IMG/VR virus record: IMGVR_UViG_3300029319_000001
DNA from: a virus
Taxonomy: Duplodnaviria; Caudoviricetes
Length of the DNA stretch: 64,000 bases
Direction: 5' to 3' (one strand)
The notes under the pieces were generated by a model that saw only the letters and a program-made list of their open reading frames with translations, was not told where the DNA came from and ran no database searches. Numbering within the stretch: position 1 is the first letter of the stretch; each line of letters begins with the position of its first letter. Made by a program: the position numbers and the translations under genes. Shown here in pieces: positions 1 to 8,741 of this stretch.

Positions 1-1
1 T

Positions 2-1744
2 GACTATAGTACACCATTTTCTCCTTTTACAGGATTAACTGAGTATACACCTACTAATGCTAGAAACCCTACGAGTGAAACAAACGAAAATAATAAAAAG
101 TCACAACCACCACCAAGTAGTTCTACTGACTCTTCTTTAACAGATGCAGTAGGTACTGGTGTTAAGGTAATGGTTGCTGATACTTGTAAGAGTAATCCTA
201 TCTCAGAGATGGCAAATACTGTTGAGAATTTGGGATTGAAAATTCAGCAGTTATCTTTAGCTGGATCTAGTTTAGACCTTGAACTTAAATCTGCTTCTGA
301 TCTGATTGAACTGCAAGCAAATAAATTTGTTGGTACTATGTTTACCAAACTCTTTGATAAACTAGAGAGTGTTGGTTCTCAAGGATTAGAAAAATTATAT
401 AAACGAGTCTACCGAATAGTATTTGCAGTAACAAAATCTAGTAATGCTGCCCATAGAGCAGGAGTTGCAGCACAAACTGCTATGGTTCCTCCTACATCAT
501 TTTTACAAGAATCAATTGGTTGCGTTGCCAATAAAGTAGTTGAAGGATTAGGTGGTACGATTGAAGATTTATTGAAAGGATTTATAGATGAAGGAAGAGA
601 CTATGCTGGATGTATGGGTGCTCAGTTTACTGGGGCATTTTTAAATGTAATTACAGATAGAATTGATAGTTTAATGTCAGGACCTTTATCTGCAGTAGCA
701 AAAATTGTCGCACCAGGATTTAAGGTTGCAGATTTCTTATTAAGTGCTGCTGGTAACCTTGAGGATGTTGCTGCATTCCTTGATTGTAATCAGACTAACA
801 AAGGTAAGTGCCCTGCAGATAAGCAATATGTTGTCGGTGGTACTAGTGAAGAGAAAGGAGACGATCCTTTTTCATATGTTATAAATGCAATGAATATATC
901 TAGGGGTGCTGCTGATATGACTAATGCTTTTGAAAAGAAATGGGGTAAGTGGGATATATTTGGTGATGGTAGTTTATTAGAAGATAGTGGTAGTGGTACG
1001 ATTCCTGGTGGTTGTTATGGTGGTGAAAAGAGTAATTGTACAGGACCTTATATTGAAATATATGGTGGTGGTGGATCTGGTGGTGTTGCTAAACCTATCC
1101 TTGGTAATTTTATAGACAATACACCTGGATTAAGAAAGTTAGTTGGTGGAGTACAACGAACTGCAAGTATTTTAGGTGCTAAAATAAACAATGCTGGTTC
1201 TGGATATCGTTATCCTCCTATAGTTAATTTTAGAGACAAATGTAATATAGGATATGGTGCTGTTGGTCATGCTATTCTCAATGATGAGGGTGGTATAAAA
1301 GCTATTATTATGGAATCTACTGGAGAAAATTATCCTGCACAGTTAGATGAAGATACACAATCAAACTTAGGAATTACTACGATTCAAGTAGAAGCTGGTG
1401 GACGAGGATATCTACCAACAGATCCTATTATACTTCCTGGTATTAGTACATCTGGTAATGCATTCACAGAGGTTCCTCCAGTTGTTGTTACTGGTGTTGA
1501 AGGAGCTCCACTAGACTCTGTTGTTACTTCACCTGGATTTGGTAAAACTACACCTATATACGAAACTGTCGTAGAAAATGGAACTATAACTGCTGTTAAG
1601 GTTCTAAATATATTGAGGTTTGATGAGACACTTCCTACTCTTATAGTTAAGAGTAAAACTGGTATCGGTGCTAGATTAAAACCTCTGTTTGGTGAAATTA
1701 CCGATACTCAAGTTGGTATTATATCCGCAATCGACTGTATCTAA
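2..1744 (+). CDS. gp5: Baseplate hub protein, T4 gp5-like (5'-truncated by window edge)
   Basis: The frame of ORF 170..1744 is open back to base 2 (DYSTPFSPFTGL...), so the true start is upstream. C-terminal GxGY-repeat domains and position in the hub cluster fit cyanophage gp5. No lysozyme domain recognised. Confidence 0.65.
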   Translation, partial: DYSTPFSPFTGLTEYTPTNARNPTSETNENNKKSQPPPSSSTDSSLTDAVGTGVKVMVADTCKSNPISEMANTVENLGLKIQQLSLAGSSLDLELKSASDLIELQANKFVGTMFTKLFDKLESVGSQGLEKLYKRVYRIVFAVTKSSNAAHRAGVAAQTAMVPPTSFLQESIGCVANKVVEGLGGTIEDLLKGFIDEGRDYAGCMGAQFTGAFLNVITDRIDSLMSGPLSAVAKIVAPGFKVADFLLSAAGNLEDVAAFLDCNQTNKGKCPADKQYVVGGTSEEKGDDPFSYVINAMNISRGAADMTNAFEKKWGKWDIFGDGSLLEDSGSGTIPGGCYGGEKSNCTGPYIEIYGGGGSGGVAKPILGNFIDNTPGLRKLVGGVQRTASILGAKINNAGSGYRYPPIVNFRDKCNIGYGAVGHAILNDEGGIKAIIMESTGENYPAQLDEDTQSNLGITTIQVEAGGRGYLPTDPIILPGISTSGNAFTEVPPVVVTGVEGAPLDSVVTSPGFGKTTPIYETVVENGTITAVKVLNILRFDETLPTLIVKSKTGIGARLKPLFGEITDTQVGIISAIDCI

Positions 1745-2427
1745 TGTCTGAACAAAAGAAAAATTACGCTAGAAGAGTTATTGACTGTAGAGGTCCACAT
1801 TTCAGGATTGATAGTGGACATCCTCAAGTTGGTGCTTCTGGTGCAGAAGTTTTTAAAATATATGCTACAAATGATAATGATGATGTATTTTTAATAGATC
1901 ATACTCAAGGTGGGTTGTCTAGAATTTATGCTGACAGAACATTAGAAGTTAGAGCTGGTGATAAGAATACACCTGGCAAAATTGATATTAGAGTAAGTGC
2001 TGCTGCTGGTAATGTTACTGTTAATGCTGATAATGGCTTATTAAGTTGCTCAGGTAAAAATGTTATGGTTAAAGCAACTCAAGACCTTGATTTAAACGGA
2101 GGAAGAAATGTTAATATTACTGCAGGATCTGGTAGGGTTCATTTAAAAGGAAATACTTGTTCTGCATCAGGAAAAAGAGGTAACTTAATTCATAAATCTT
2201 TTGGTCTTAATATGTTTGCAGGTTCTTATGTTCCTAACAATGTTCTTCAAGCAGCGTTTGGTGCTGATGCCTCAAAGACTATATTAGCTACAGGTGAAGC
2301 TGCATTTGCATCTGCTGCTACTGGTGGATTTGGTGGATATCTTGCTGATTCTGTATTATCCAGTACTGGACTTGGTGGTGCTGCAGGTGGAAAAATTTCT
2401 AAAGAATTAGGAGGATTGTTTAGTTAA
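1744..2427 (+). CDS. Putative baseplate spike protein (gp5 C-terminal beta-helix-like)
   Basis: Coupled to gp5 (TAATG overlap); alternating V/I-x strands (NVTVNADNG, NVMVKATQDLDLNGGRNVNITAG) typical of trimeric spike beta-helices. Confidence 0.5.
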   Translation: MSEQKKNYARRVIDCRGPHFRIDSGHPQVGASGAEVFKIYATNDNDDVFLIDHTQGGLSRIYADRTLEVRAGDKNTPGKIDIRVSAAAGNVTVNADNGLLSCSGKNVMVKATQDLDLNGGRNVNITAGSGRVHLKGNTCSASGKRGNLIHKSFGLNMFAGSYVPNNVLQAAFGADASKTILATGEAAFASAATGGFGGYLADSVLSSTGLGGAAGGKISKELGGLFS

Positions 2428-2429
2428 TT

Positions 2430-2735
2430 ATGGGATATACTAAATCCAAAGATGGCACAGAAAAAACTGTACTAGGTGGTTCAGTTGAATTTCCTGATGA
2501 GACTAGTTTTCTTTCTGATACAAAATTTGAGGGTGATCTCAATGTTGATGGTAATCTAAATGTATCTGGTAAAGCTACCATAACTGGTGATGTAATTGTA
2601 GAAGGATCGTTAGAGGTACAAGGAACTTTAAAAATAAAAATAGGTGGTCAGACATTTACTATATCTGGAACTAAATTAACAGGAACTACAGGTAATGCAC
2701 TCTTACCTACAGATAGGGTGTTAACAGTCTCATAG
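2430..2735 (+). CDS. Small beta-helical virion/spike-associated protein
   Basis: GDLNVDGNLNVSG/GDVIVEGSLEVQG repeats; follows the spike gene. Confidence 0.5.
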   Translation: MGYTKSKDGTEKTVLGGSVEFPDETSFLSDTKFEGDLNVDGNLNVSGKATITGDVIVEGSLEVQGTLKIKIGGQTFTISGTKLTGTTGNALLPTDRVLTVS

Positions 2736-2737
2736 TA

Positions 2738-2893
2738 ATGCTTCGTTTACTTAAGAATCCACTTGTTCTGATCAATGTCATGTTGATCGGATTTTTTATA
2801 TTTGTAGAGACAATGCATGTTAATTATCATAGGGGGTTGACACAGTGTGAGGAGTCTGCTATTATAAAAGAGTTGGACGCAACATGGGAGTGA
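2738..2893 (+). CDS. Small membrane protein, 51 aa (not in ORF track)
   Basis: ATG 2738 to TGA 2893, MLRLLKNPLVLINVMLIGFFIFVETMHVNYH..., one hydrophobic helix; overlaps a hairpin and a promoter. Confidence 0.3.
   Translation: MLRLLKNPLVLINVMLIGFFIFVETMHVNYHRGLTQCEESAIIKELDATWE
2767..2797 (+). terminator. Possible intrinsic terminator
   Basis: TCTGATCAA-N7-TTGATCGGA stem (one G-U pair) followed by TTTTTT, just after the hub cluster. Confidence 0.35.
2837..2865 (+). promoter_or_regulatory. Sigma70-type promoter
   Basis: TTGACA (2837-2842) - 17 nt - TATTAT (2860-2865), directly upstream of the structured RNA. Confidence 0.8.
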
Positions 2894-3053
2894 CTGAATA
2901 AACTTACTGGCAACTGCTGGTTAAGGTGATGAGACACAGGTGGTGCTGCTCCGAAAGGAGAACCGATCAACCAATCGGGTCTCAGGCAAGAATGTTTTTA
3001 CTACTGTAGTAATGCCCATTCTTTGTTGGTACACAGGAATCCAACCTCCCTCC
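2872..3053 (+). ncRNA. Structured ncRNA, probably the manA RNA motif of cyanophages
   Basis: GC-richer non-coding stretch; GGGAG 2886-2890 pairs with CTCCC 3046-3050; TGAGAC/GTCTCA and CTCC-GAAA-GGAG stems. It resembles my recollection of cyanophage manA RNA; a covariance-model search is needed to confirm the name. Confidence 0.65.
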
Positions 3054-3073
3054 TTTTTATCATGTGATTTATT

Positions 3074-3271
3074 ATGACCGAAGAATTCGTTGAAAAAGTT
3101 GTTGTAGATGTATGCTCTCGTAGAGTATGTTGCGTCTCTAGTAAGGGAGATAGAAGGATACTTGAAAGTGAAACTTTCACAGAATTTATGAATGTGTTGA
3201 ATTTTGTTAGAACAACACTAGATGAAGATGAAATCGTATATACAGAAATATTAGTAGATGAAGACAGATAG
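3074..3271 (+). CDS. Conserved cyanophage hypothetical protein
   Basis: 65-aa ORF coupled to downstream genes; usual neighbour of talC. Confidence 0.6.
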   Translation: MTEEFVEKVVVDVCSRRVCCVSSKGDRRILESETFTEFMNVLNFVRTTLDEDEIVYTEILVDEDR

Positions 3272-3530
3272 ACTAATTGTTGTCGCTAGAATGATAGGGA
3301 CATATGGTATAATATTAGGATATTTTGTTACATTGCATGTAAGCACTCTTTTTGGTGCTATGCTTAATGTAGTCTTTGAACTACTTGCCTTACCGTTCTA
3401 TATAAAGAACAAAATGTGGGATGTAGTAATTTGTTTTTCATTCCTATTATCAATAGGAATTAGTAAAATTATTATGGGGTTTGATCCTCAGTTCCAATTT
3501 ATAAAAATCGCTATGGGGTTACACGCATGA
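3258..3530 (+). CDS. Hypothetical membrane protein
   Basis: Three hydrophobic segments; ATGA overlap with talC. Confidence 0.6.
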   Translation: MKTDRLIVVARMIGTYGIILGYFVTLHVSTLFGAMLNVVFELLALPFYIKNKMWDVVICFSFLLSIGISKIIMGFDPQFQFIKIAMGLHA

Positions 3531-4180
3531 AAATCTTTTTAGATACTGCTGATACAGCAACAATTACTAAGTATTACGCTACTGGACTTATTGATGGTAT
3601 AACTACAAATCCAACTCTTATTATGAAGAGTGGTCGTAATCCAGAAGATGTGTATCAAGAACTCATAGACTTGGGGATAGAAGATATTAGTATGGAGGTC
3701 GTTGGTAATAGAAAAGAAATGTGGGAAGAGGGTCTAAGACTTTCTAAAAAATTTGGTAAGCAAGCAACTATCAAAGTTCCTTGTACACCTGATGGTCTTG
3801 CTGTATGTAAAGAGTTATCTAGACAATTAATAGCGGTCAATGTCACATTAATATTTGATGAAGCACAAGCAATATTAGCAGCAAAAGCAGGAGCAAGATA
3901 TGTATCTCCTTTCGTTGGTAGACTTGATGATAATTCAATTGCTGGATTAGACTTAATCAAAAGAATATCTAACATATATAATATTCAAAATGTAAAATGC
4001 ACAGAAATCCTTTCTGCTTCGATTAGATATGTAAATAGCGTATCTCAATCATTTGCTAATGGTGCTCATGTGGTTACAATGCCACCTGCAGTATTTGACA
4101 AGATGTATAATCATGTACTAACTGATAAAGGATTACAGTTGTTTGATGAAGACTGGAAATCGGTACAGAAAAATGTCTAG
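3527..4180 (+). CDS. talC: Transaldolase, TalC family (auxiliary metabolic gene)
   Basis: MKIFLDTAD, GITTNPTL, catalytic K in TIKVP, VNVTLIF, YVSPFVGR, ASIR. Confidence 0.97.
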   Translation: MKIFLDTADTATITKYYATGLIDGITTNPTLIMKSGRNPEDVYQELIDLGIEDISMEVVGNRKEMWEEGLRLSKKFGKQATIKVPCTPDGLAVCKELSRQLIAVNVTLIFDEAQAILAAKAGARYVSPFVGRLDDNSIAGLDLIKRISNIYNIQNVKCTEILSASIRYVNSVSQSFANGAHVVTMPPAVFDKMYNHVLTDKGLQLFDEDWKSVQKNV

Positions 4181-4364
4181 AGACGATCATCCTCGTATAG
4201 ATGTTGAAGAACATCCTGAGGATTATTTTACCATCACAGCAGATGGATTTGTTTGGCCATTACAAAATGGTATTGTAGGTGCTGACGAACCTATCTTTCA
4301 CAAGTCTGAATTAGATGAAGTGTTAGAAAGGATGTATAGAACAAATAATAATGAAGGTAGTTGA
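4173..4364 (+). CDS. Hypothetical protein
   Basis: Acidic ORF; ATG 4173 overlapping the talC end is a likelier start than 4143. Confidence 0.5.
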   Translation: MSRDDHPRIDVEEHPEDYFTITADGFVWPLQNGIVGADEPIFHKSELDEVLERMYRTNNNEGS

Positions 4365-4848
4365 TGACTTTCTACCCAAGAAAGATCATGAAAGAGTAGT
4401 AGATTTACTCCAGAATGTTCTTCCTTGGTTTTATAATGATGTCGTTGTTAGTCCGTTAGATCATGATGATCCTGACAAATATCAGATGGTAAGTCCTATA
4501 TGGGCAGAGGGTGGATTTCATAATGAGGTTTGTCTTACTCCAGAGATTGCTGATATTTTTGCCCCTAGGTTAAAAGTACAATCTTGGGTTAGAATTAAAG
4601 CAAATTTTTCACCCAAGAATACAAGAATTATAGAACAAGATTTACATCGTGATGGGAGTTTCGGTGATTACACTGCTGTCTATTATATCAATGATTGCAA
4701 CGGTTATACATACTTTGAGGATGGTTATAAGGTGAAAAGTGTTGCTAATCGCATAGTAATTTTTCCTAGAGATACTAAGCATAGCGGTACTACATCTTCC
4801 GACTCTTACAGACAAGTTATTAATTTTAATTATTACGGTTATGATTAG
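4351..4848 (+). CDS. 2OG-Fe(II) oxygenase superfamily protein
   Basis: HxD (LHRD), TAVYYINDCNGYT, NRIVIFP, distal His (KHSG), R-x-V-I-N-F-N-Y terminus. Confidence 0.85.
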   Translation: MKVVDDFLPKKDHERVVDLLQNVLPWFYNDVVVSPLDHDDPDKYQMVSPIWAEGGFHNEVCLTPEIADIFAPRLKVQSWVRIKANFSPKNTRIIEQDLHRDGSFGDYTAVYYINDCNGYTYFEDGYKVKSVANRIVIFPRDTKHSGTTSSDSYRQVINFNYYGYD

Positions 4849-5707
4849 ATTTGGTGGTGCTCAAATTCCTGTAGGAACTAACATACAAGCTAACAAAAAA
4901 GAAATTTTAAAAGCAATTGACTGGGCAAAAGAAAACAAAGTAGATCATCTTTTAACACCAGAAGCTGCTTTATCAGGATGGGATCGTGAGTGGATTACCC
5001 ATATAGATGAAATTAAAGATGGATTAAAAGAGATAGAAGATGCTCAAAAAGCAGCAGGAATATATTTACACTTAGGAACCAATTTTGTAGAACCAGAAGA
5101 GAAAGGTATAATCAATAGAAATGAAATCAGACATTATGATTCTGATGGTATACTAAGAGGTGCTACATACAAGACTCTTTGCGTTGATATGGAAACTGCT
5201 CTTGGCAGAGATCCAGAAGTAGATTCATTTACTATTATTGATCTTGTTAAAGATGATGAGAAACAATGTCTTGGTGCTGGATTGATATGTAATGATATGT
5301 GGGGATATGCAGAGGCATCTACTAAACCTATTACTACACTATACAAAGAACTAGGAATTCTTGATGTAATATTACATGCAACTAATGGTGGGAAAACCGA
5401 TCCAAGTAATCCATCATGGTTAGTATTTGAGAAATGGCATGATGCTTACCTTAGAATGGCAGCATGGAATTGTATGGTTCCTATATTTACTGTTGATGCT
5501 TGTACTGATTGGTTATGGGATGGAAATGAGGATGAAGTGGACAAATACACTACATCTAGTGAGAGTGGGTGGATTAATAGTCAGGGATGGCAGACTCAAG
5601 TGCCTAGAAGAGGTCGTCAATATTTTACATATGACTTTGAACCACCAGTGCGTACAAAACTATCTGATGTCTACAATGATATAGGTGGTAGGTTGTATCA
5701 GAAATGA
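4841..5707 (+). CDS. Carbon-nitrogen hydrolase (nitrilase superfamily)
   Basis: Glu-Lys-Cys triad contexts: LLTPEAALSG, TYKTL, LICNDMWG. Confidence 0.88.
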   Translation: MIRFGGAQIPVGTNIQANKKEILKAIDWAKENKVDHLLTPEAALSGWDREWITHIDEIKDGLKEIEDAQKAAGIYLHLGTNFVEPEEKGIINRNEIRHYDSDGILRGATYKTLCVDMETALGRDPEVDSFTIIDLVKDDEKQCLGAGLICNDMWGYAEASTKPITTLYKELGILDVILHATNGGKTDPSNPSWLVFEKWHDAYLRMAAWNCMVPIFTVDACTDWLWDGNEDEVDKYTTSSESGWINSQGWQTQVPRRGRQYFTYDFEPPVRTKLSDVYNDIGGRLYQK

Positions 5708-5721
5708 CAAAGTAAAAATGC

Positions 5722-5728
5722 CTAAATA
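5722..5728 (+). promoter_or_regulatory. T4-type late promoter variant (CTAAATA)
   Basis: CTAAATA 25 nt upstream of ATG 5753. Confidence 0.55.
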
Positions 5729-5752
5729 GAGAGGCTTAAAGCACTAATTCTA

Positions 5753-6247
5753 ATGAAAAGGTTTATCCCTTTAATAATGTTATTGATGAGTGCTCCGCTT
5801 GCAGCGAGAGCCGATATTACAACTCGATATGCATCCAGTGTGCAGTTGAGCGTAGGAGGAGCCCATACTTCGGCTGAGAGAATTGGGTCATCTTTCTCGA
5901 TTTCTGGTAGTGGTGTTGATACCACTGATGGTACTACTGCTAATACTATTTCTGCTGGAACTATAACATCAGGTGTATATGCTCCTGGTACAATTTCAGC
6001 AACTCAGGATGTTCCTGGTGCAACTTTCAGCTTTAGCCAAGCCTACACTCAAGCCGATGCAGTTCCTACAGGTGCTGTAACAGTTGGTGAGACTGCTAAT
6101 TTTGGTAATGTTGTCAGTACAGCAGGAGGAACAGTTGGTAATCTAGCTGGTACAACATCTAGTTCACATGCTTTTAGTAATGTGGCACCTGGTGGAGCTA
6201 ATACTTCAGCTACGACTCAGTTCGTAACAGAGGTCACCGTACGATAA
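5753..6247 (+). CDS. Secreted Ser/Thr/Gly-rich hypothetical protein
   Basis: Sec signal peptide MKRFIPLIMLLMSAPLAARA; beta-rich mature part. Confidence 0.75.
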   Translation: MKRFIPLIMLLMSAPLAARADITTRYASSVQLSVGGAHTSAERIGSSFSISGSGVDTTDGTTANTISAGTITSGVYAPGTISATQDVPGATFSFSQAYTQADAVPTGAVTVGETANFGNVVSTAGGTVGNLAGTTSSSHAFSNVAPGGANTSATTQFVTEVTVR

Positions 6248-6255
6248 AATAGGTC

Positions 6256-6723
6256 ATGAAAAGGCTTATAACTATATTAGTATTGTTAGGTAGTACTGGA
6301 ACTGCAAGAGCAGTGCCAGTGGTCCCCAATTTTCAGCAAGGCTCTATGACGAGCCATACCGAAACTGAATCTACAGTAACGGAAACCATAAATTCCATTG
6401 ATTATAGGACAGGATGGGAATACTCAGTGACTGGGGTAGGCATAGACAACAATGGTCAGCCATTAAACCCACCAACATCAACATCGACAGTAACGGTCAA
6501 CCCAACCGTAGGGTCAGGAGACGCAGCAGTAACAGGCAGCGTAACTTCTTCCTTCGACAGTTTAGACTTCTCTCAAACAAACAACTTCACCCTAACAACG
6601 CCAGGTGCAGCCTTCCAATTCACTCAGAGTTATCAAGGACCTGGTATGACGAATCAGACAATAATACAAAGAGTAACAACTATACAAAGCGTAACAGATA
6701 CAACAAGTACATTTACCCAGTGA
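6256..6723 (+). CDS. Secreted Thr-rich hypothetical protein
   Basis: Signal peptide MKRLITILVLLGSTGTARA; beta-rich mature part. Confidence 0.75.
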   Translation: MKRLITILVLLGSTGTARAVPVVPNFQQGSMTSHTETESTVTETINSIDYRTGWEYSVTGVGIDNNGQPLNPPTSTSTVTVNPTVGSGDAAVTGSVTSSFDSLDFSQTNNFTLTTPGAAFQFTQSYQGPGMTNQTIIQRVTTIQSVTDTTSTFTQ

Positions 6724-7733
6724 TAGCAACGCTTTTGGGCGTTAACTATTTGTTACCAATGAAAGCCTTAGCTGAAGGTGTTGGTGGTGTTAGTGCTACT
6801 GCCAACCCTATTGCCAATTCTTCAGGCTCAGTGACCAACCAGGCAATACAAGTTTTACAAGGTCCATATGTAACTAACACCTACGGTAATGGTGTATCGT
6901 GTCAGAGTACGACTCTCAATATGACACCATACATGCAGTTTGCTGATAGCAGAAAGCATCCTTGGGAAGATTTTTATAACGAACCACAATATAATTTAAC
7001 AGATATATCTGGTAGAACAGTCACTCAAACAATAACAGTTCAAAATTATCCTTGGGAGACATGGTACGATAACCGCACTAAGGATGATGGTACTAGATGG
7101 TTTGCTGATGGTGCTGATATGCAAATAGAGGTTGAAGTACCTGCAGGAGACGGTGTACCTGATGCTGTAACTAATAATACTTTAGATCCAATATGGTATA
7201 AACCTATAAGGACTGATATGAGAGCAAACCAATCATTTAATATTGGTATATCTGCTACTCTATCAGTACCATTGAATAAGAAAATGAAGGAGTTATGTCA
7301 ACAGGCAGCTGAGCAACAAATAGCAATGCAAACTCAATTAGTTTCTAACAAAAGATTAGATTTCGAGATCGCAAGATTAAAAAACTGTGGTGAGCTAAAA
7401 AAATCTGGTATATTTTTCCACCCTGCATCGCCGTATCATAGTATTTGTGCTGATGTAGTTGTAACATCACCTGGTGGTCAGATAATACCACATCAACATG
7501 AAATACCACAACCTAAGTGGACACCACCTACTTCTTCTTCACCTTCAGAGGAGGTAACCCTTTCTTCTCCCGATAACGATCCCGAATCCTATCGGATCTC
7601 GAAGCCCGTTGAGGAGTCTTCCCAAGAATCGTCTGAACCTTCCCAAGAGCTTTCTTCACTACAGGTTTCACCACCCTCAGGAGCAAATCTGCTAGGGGTT
7701 TGGCAAATAGGGCAGACGCAGTTGCCACAGTAG
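6720..7733 (+). CDS. Exported hypothetical protein, possibly outer-membrane
   Basis: GTG 6720 overlaps the previous TGA and gives a signal-like N-terminus (IATLLGVNYLLPMKALA). The frame is also open from 6414. Amphipathic strand SFNIGISATLSVPL is followed by a Cys-containing helical region. Confidence 0.7.
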   Translation: MIATLLGVNYLLPMKALAEGVGGVSATANPIANSSGSVTNQAIQVLQGPYVTNTYGNGVSCQSTTLNMTPYMQFADSRKHPWEDFYNEPQYNLTDISGRTVTQTITVQNYPWETWYDNRTKDDGTRWFADGADMQIEVEVPAGDGVPDAVTNNTLDPIWYKPIRTDMRANQSFNIGISATLSVPLNKKMKELCQQAAEQQIAMQTQLVSNKRLDFEIARLKNCGELKKSGIFFHPASPYHSICADVVVTSPGGQIIPHQHEIPQPKWTPPTSSSPSEEVTLSSPDNDPESYRISKPVEESSQESSEPSQELSSLQVSPPSGANLLGVWQIGQTQLPQ

Positions 7734-8400
7734 CTATAGCTGCGGTAGTTGATACTACAGATACTGACGGTACATACTGTTGCAATGTTGGAACATCTTC
7801 CCACAATGTCTCACAGATTAACCCATCAGGTGTTAATTTATGACCAGTTACTCTCTCTGTACCCTCTTGATTTAGGTCTCCAACTCGTCTTCCATTGATA
7901 GGAGGACATTCTACTTCTTTATCAGTTGGAGGTGTTACAGGCGGTTGTGGAGTGTCTATATCAGGTGGAGGTGGATCTCCAGTATCTACACCTTCAGCTT
8001 CAGGTTCTTCAGTGGTTATAGTTTGCCAAGTTAAATCTCTAGCATCATAATCAGGTGGGTCATAGTATGGCATACCACCATCACATAATACTACATTTCC
8101 TTTAGGATCGTTATCCACTAACATTTTGTTTTTGTTTTGTGGATTTTTTGCGTTTTCTTTATGGACTTTTACGCAACCAGGCATATCAACAATAGGAGTT
8201 CCTATTGTTTCAGTAACAGGAATTGTTATTGGTATAGATTGTGGTGGTGTAATTAACCACACTCTATTATCTTGTACATAATTATTACCAATACCTCTTA
8301 CACCAGAATTAGGAATCAATCGAATCTCAGTTCCATTAATCTGGATATTAGGTATATTAACACCTTCAGTTTCTATATTTGGTATTTCAAATGGTTCCAT
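7528..8400 (-). CDS. Conserved cyanophage hypothetical protein with C-terminal membrane anchor
   Basis: 290 aa, Pro/acidic middle, Cys pairs, hydrophobic Ala/Thr/Val helix then basic tail. Confidence 0.75.
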   Translation of the reverse strand: MEPFEIPNIETEGVNIPNIQINGTEIRLIPNSGVRGIGNNYVQDNRVWLITPPQSIPITIPVTETIGTPIVDMPGCVKVHKENAKNPQNKNKMLVDNDPKGNVVLCDGGMPYYDPPDYDARDLTWQTITTEEPEAEGVDTGDPPPPDIDTPQPPVTPPTDKEVECPPINGRRVGDLNQEGTERVTGHKLTPDGLICETLWEDVPTLQQYVPSVSVVSTTAAIATVATASALFAKPLADLLLRVVKPVVKKALGKVQTILGKTPQRASRSDRIRDRYREKKGLPPLKVKKK

Positions 8401-8413
8401 AATAATGATTTAT

Positions 8414-8671
8414 TCATTGAGTTGGAATTTGATTTTTGTAGTCTACAGGTGGTTTCAATCCTTTGACAGGACCAGATGACTTCGGCCAATTATCTACCAG
8501 TTGTTTATAAATTTCTTCTCTAACAACTTTTCTAATCTCTTCTAATTGTGCCTCTTGTCTCTTAGCAGGTCCATTATTCATATTGTCAATAACTTGACCA
8601 CCACCAACAACTGCACCAGTTCCTACAACTGCTGCTGCTGTTACTCCTGTAGTTACTTTTTGAAAATCCAT
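8414..8671 (-). CDS. Small protein with N-terminal hydrophobic segment and coiled coil
   Basis: GVTAAAVVGTGAVVGGG then RQEAQLEEIRKVVREE. Confidence 0.7.
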   Translation of the reverse strand: MDFQKVTTGVTAAAVVGTGAVVGGGQVIDNMNNGPAKRQEAQLEEIRKVVREEIYKQLVDNWPKSSGPVKGLKPPVDYKNQIPTQ

Positions 8672-8672
8672 T

Positions 8673-8710
8673 TATTTATCATGCTTGATGTATTTATCCT
8701 TGGCTAAATA
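8673..8710. promoter_or_regulatory. Divergent late promoters
   Basis: ATAAATA on minus strand (8673-8679 and 8691-8697) toward 8671; CTAAATA on plus strand (8704-8710) toward 8742. Confidence 0.55.
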
Positions 8711-8741
8711 ACTGAAGCAAGTACTTTCTTGAACTTTAGAG

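Noticed and set aside
2-1744. T4-type lysozyme domain in gp5
   Set aside because: No lysozyme catalytic motif recognised in the visible portion.
2809-2829. Possible ninth early box (GACAATGCATGTTAATTATCA) 30 nt upstream of the manA-like RNA -10
   Set aside because: Only the left half-site matches, and the promoter already has a perfect -35.
3655-5925. ORFs 3655..3975(-), 5134..5346(-), 5427..5684(+), 5722..5925(-)
   Set aside because: Overlap well-supported genes in other frames; no recognisable features.
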